From a virus (Duplodnaviria; Caudoviricetes), in IMG/VR virus record IMGVR_UViG_3300048576_000515, positions 1 to 26,938 of that record: DNA of 26,938 nucleotides. One strand, 5' to 3'. Under the pieces are notes generated by a model that saw only the letters and a program-made list of their open reading frames with translations, was not told the origin of the DNA and did no database searches. The position numbers were made by a program, and so were the translations under genes. Of the stretch, positions 24,971 through 26,938 are shown one piece after another; position 1 is the stretch's first letter, and the number at the start of each line of letters is the position of its first letter.

Positions 24971-26938
24971 ATGGCCATAATTTCCAAAGACTCGTTCACG
25001 GACGCGAATGCCACAACATTGACGTCGCATACCGCTGACAGTGGTTCAAAATGGACAAAGCATTCAGCATACGCTTCCACGGCTTCTATTTATTGGAATA
25101 GGGTTATCAGCCCAACGGCAACGAGTGTCGCCTACACTGGTTCACCAGCCGGGACGGATTATTCTGTTGAGGCTGATTTCGTAGTCAAGACCGCAGCGAG
25201 CACGCCGAAACTCCTCGCCAGGCTCGATACAAGCGCGTTTACTACGTATGCCGCCGAGTGGGACGGAGTAAACGGCGTCTGGTCGATTAAACGCTACAAT
25301 GCCGGATCGGCTACGTCGGGCGGAACGTATTCAATGACGGCTACCCCAGGGGCGAATGTTCATGCGAAACTGACCGTCTCTGGTTCCGGCGCTACTGTTA
25401 CAGTCACTCTCTACCTCAACGGCGTGCAAAGAATCCAATGGTCCGATACCAGCGGATCAAGGTTGACCTCGGCCGGTGTACCTGGAGTTTTCCAAAACGC
25501 TAGCAACTACATCACTGGTATTGCTATCGATAATTTTCTTTCAAAGGATGCCGGCTCATCTGATTCCATAGAAATAAACGAACTCAATGACTATCAGATA
25601 CTCCAGCGTGATTCAGCAGCCTCTAGTTCGTCTAACCTTACTATTCTAGGAACATATGAAGGGGCCCCGACTGGAATAGAGGCCAAGGTTGTATTAGCCT
25701 CCGACGGAACAACCGTTGTCAAGGATTGGACTGCGCTCGCATCGGCAACAATCGGAAACGGGTTCTTTTCTGGAACACTTTCCGAGGTAACAAATGGTGG
25801 GTGGTATAAAATTCTTGTCCGTTTTGCCAATGAGACAGACACCACCGCAACAGGGGCAAAAAGTTTCGGCGTTGGCATCTTGATTGGTACGACAGGCCAA
25901 AGCAACGTCGCAAACTATTTCGGCATTGCCGGGGGAACGCCAAACTCTTTGCTCCGCGTTTTTGACGCTGTAGGCTGGTACGCTCCCACAGGCCTTGGCG
26001 CGATTACAATGGGGAACAAAATCGTGTCTGAAACAGGGTTGCCTGTTGGCCTATTGAATTATGCCATATCTGGGACGGCTCTCTTGTCCGGGCTCGGCCC
26101 TGACTACTGGCTCAATACCGCCGCAACAGCCATGGCCGCGAAGTACAGGCATGGCATCATGGAATGTGGAGGAAAGATTGACTCAACCCTTTGGGTGCAA
26201 GGCGAGACCGAAGCAAAATATACGACTGCCATTTCAACGTCAATATACAAGGCCGGCCTTGATACTCTCTTTGGGTGGTTCAGAACTTACGCAAACGACG
26301 CTTCGCATCCTATCCACATCCAACCCTTGGCGACTGATACAGAGTCAAGTCTGGACAATACAAAATGGGAGAACATCAGGCTAGCGCAAATACAGGCTCT
26401 AGCTGATTCGAACAACTTCTTTGGTGGTTGCGGTTGGGATTTGGCGATGAGTGCCATCCACTACTCAAACTATACGACGATTTCCACAAGAGCCGCCCTG
26501 GCTATTTTACGTCGTCTCGGCGTCAAATCGTATGGGTATGGACCAAAAATCGTAAACGCAACACGAGTTTCGACTACCCTTTATGATATCAATCTTTCCC
26601 ATGACGGGGGGACTGATTTCACGCCTACGTCCGGAATCACAACTTTCGCGGTCTTCGACGAAAGCACTCCTGTGACGATCTCGTCAGCAGTGCGAACCGA
26701 TGCCAGCACGATCCGCTTGACCCTGGACACGGCCGTTGCATCTCCATCAATCTATTTTTGCTATGGCTATCTTCCAACGGTGTCGGCGGGCCCGCACGAC
26801 AACACGACAGACACGCTGCCGTTGCAGCCGTCAGGGCTGGTGACGATTGTCGACCCGACGCCGCCTCCCGCAACCGCCGACGACGGCATCATGGTCGGCA
26901 TCATGCGGGGGATTATGCGGGGGGTGATGGTGGGGTGA
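24971..26938 (+). CDS. Virion-associated SGNH/SASA (sialate O-acetylesterase-like) protein with N-terminal lectin-like beta domain
   Basis: GQSN (catalytic Ser), AISGT, WVQGETEA and a downstream IHY; Ser/Thr-rich beta N-terminus; lower GC than the core genes. Confidence 0.75.
   Translation: MAIISKDSFTDANATTLTSHTADSGSKWTKHSAYASTASIYWNRVISPTATSVAYTGSPAGTDYSVEADFVVKTAASTPKLLARLDTSAFTTYAAEWDGVNGVWSIKRYNAGSATSGGTYSMTATPGANVHAKLTVSGSGATVTVTLYLNGVQRIQWSDTSGSRLTSAGVPGVFQNASNYITGIAIDNFLSKDAGSSDSIEINELNDYQILQRDSAASSSSNLTILGTYEGAPTGIEAKVVLASDGTTVVKDWTALASATIGNGFFSGTLSEVTNGGWYKILVRFANETDTTATGAKSFGVGILIGTTGQSNVANYFGIAGGTPNSLLRVFDAVGWYAPTGLGAITMGNKIVSETGLPVGLLNYAISGTALLSGLGPDYWLNTAATAMAAKYRHGIMECGGKIDSTLWVQGETEAKYTTAISTSIYKAGLDTLFGWFRTYANDASHPIHIQPLATDTESSLDNTKWENIRLAQIQALADSNNFFGGCGWDLAMSAIHYSNYTTISTRAALAILRRLGVKSYGYGPKIVNATRVSTTLYDINLSHDGGTDFTPTSGITTFAVFDESTPVTISSAVRTDASTIRLTLDTAVASPSIYFCYGYLPTVSAGPHDNTTDTLPLQPSGLVTIVDPTPPPATADDGIMVGIMRGIMRGVMVG

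Noticed and set aside
22585-26938. Diversity-generating retroelement or invertible tail fibre cassette
   Set aside because: No reverse transcriptase, invertase or template/variable repeat pair seen within the window.

Overview
The window is the head-to-tail morphogenesis block of a GC-rich, probably temperate, siphovirus-like phage or prophage. The + strand carries scaffold, P22-gp5-like major capsid protein, head completion and neck genes, tail terminator, tail tube, a frameshifted G/GT tail chaperone pair, a 2144-aa tape measure protein with a lytic transglycosylase domain, tail tip genes, a tail fibre with its chaperone, and an SGNH/SASA esterase. No sheath gene is visible. Two minus-strand inserts interrupt it: a NUMOD4-HNH endonuclease (3217-3756) and a ~5.8 kb accessory island (about 7120-12900) between the tail chaperones and the tape measure gene. 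The most striking element is a compact operon in that island with its own sigma70-like promoter. It encodes an RHH/small acidic protein, an orphan type I-E Cas5 (CasD) homologue and an HTH protein. Four nt after the last stop codon comes a type I-E CRISPR-like repeat (7215-7243), then a 20-21 nt spacer and a degenerate second hairpin. No other cas genes are present in the window. This looks like a phage-encoded protein-plus-RNA module that inhibits or hijacks host Cascade. The island also holds a P22 immI-like arc / antisense RNA / antirepressor unit and AT-rich morons. All family assignments come from motif recognition by eye, not database searches.
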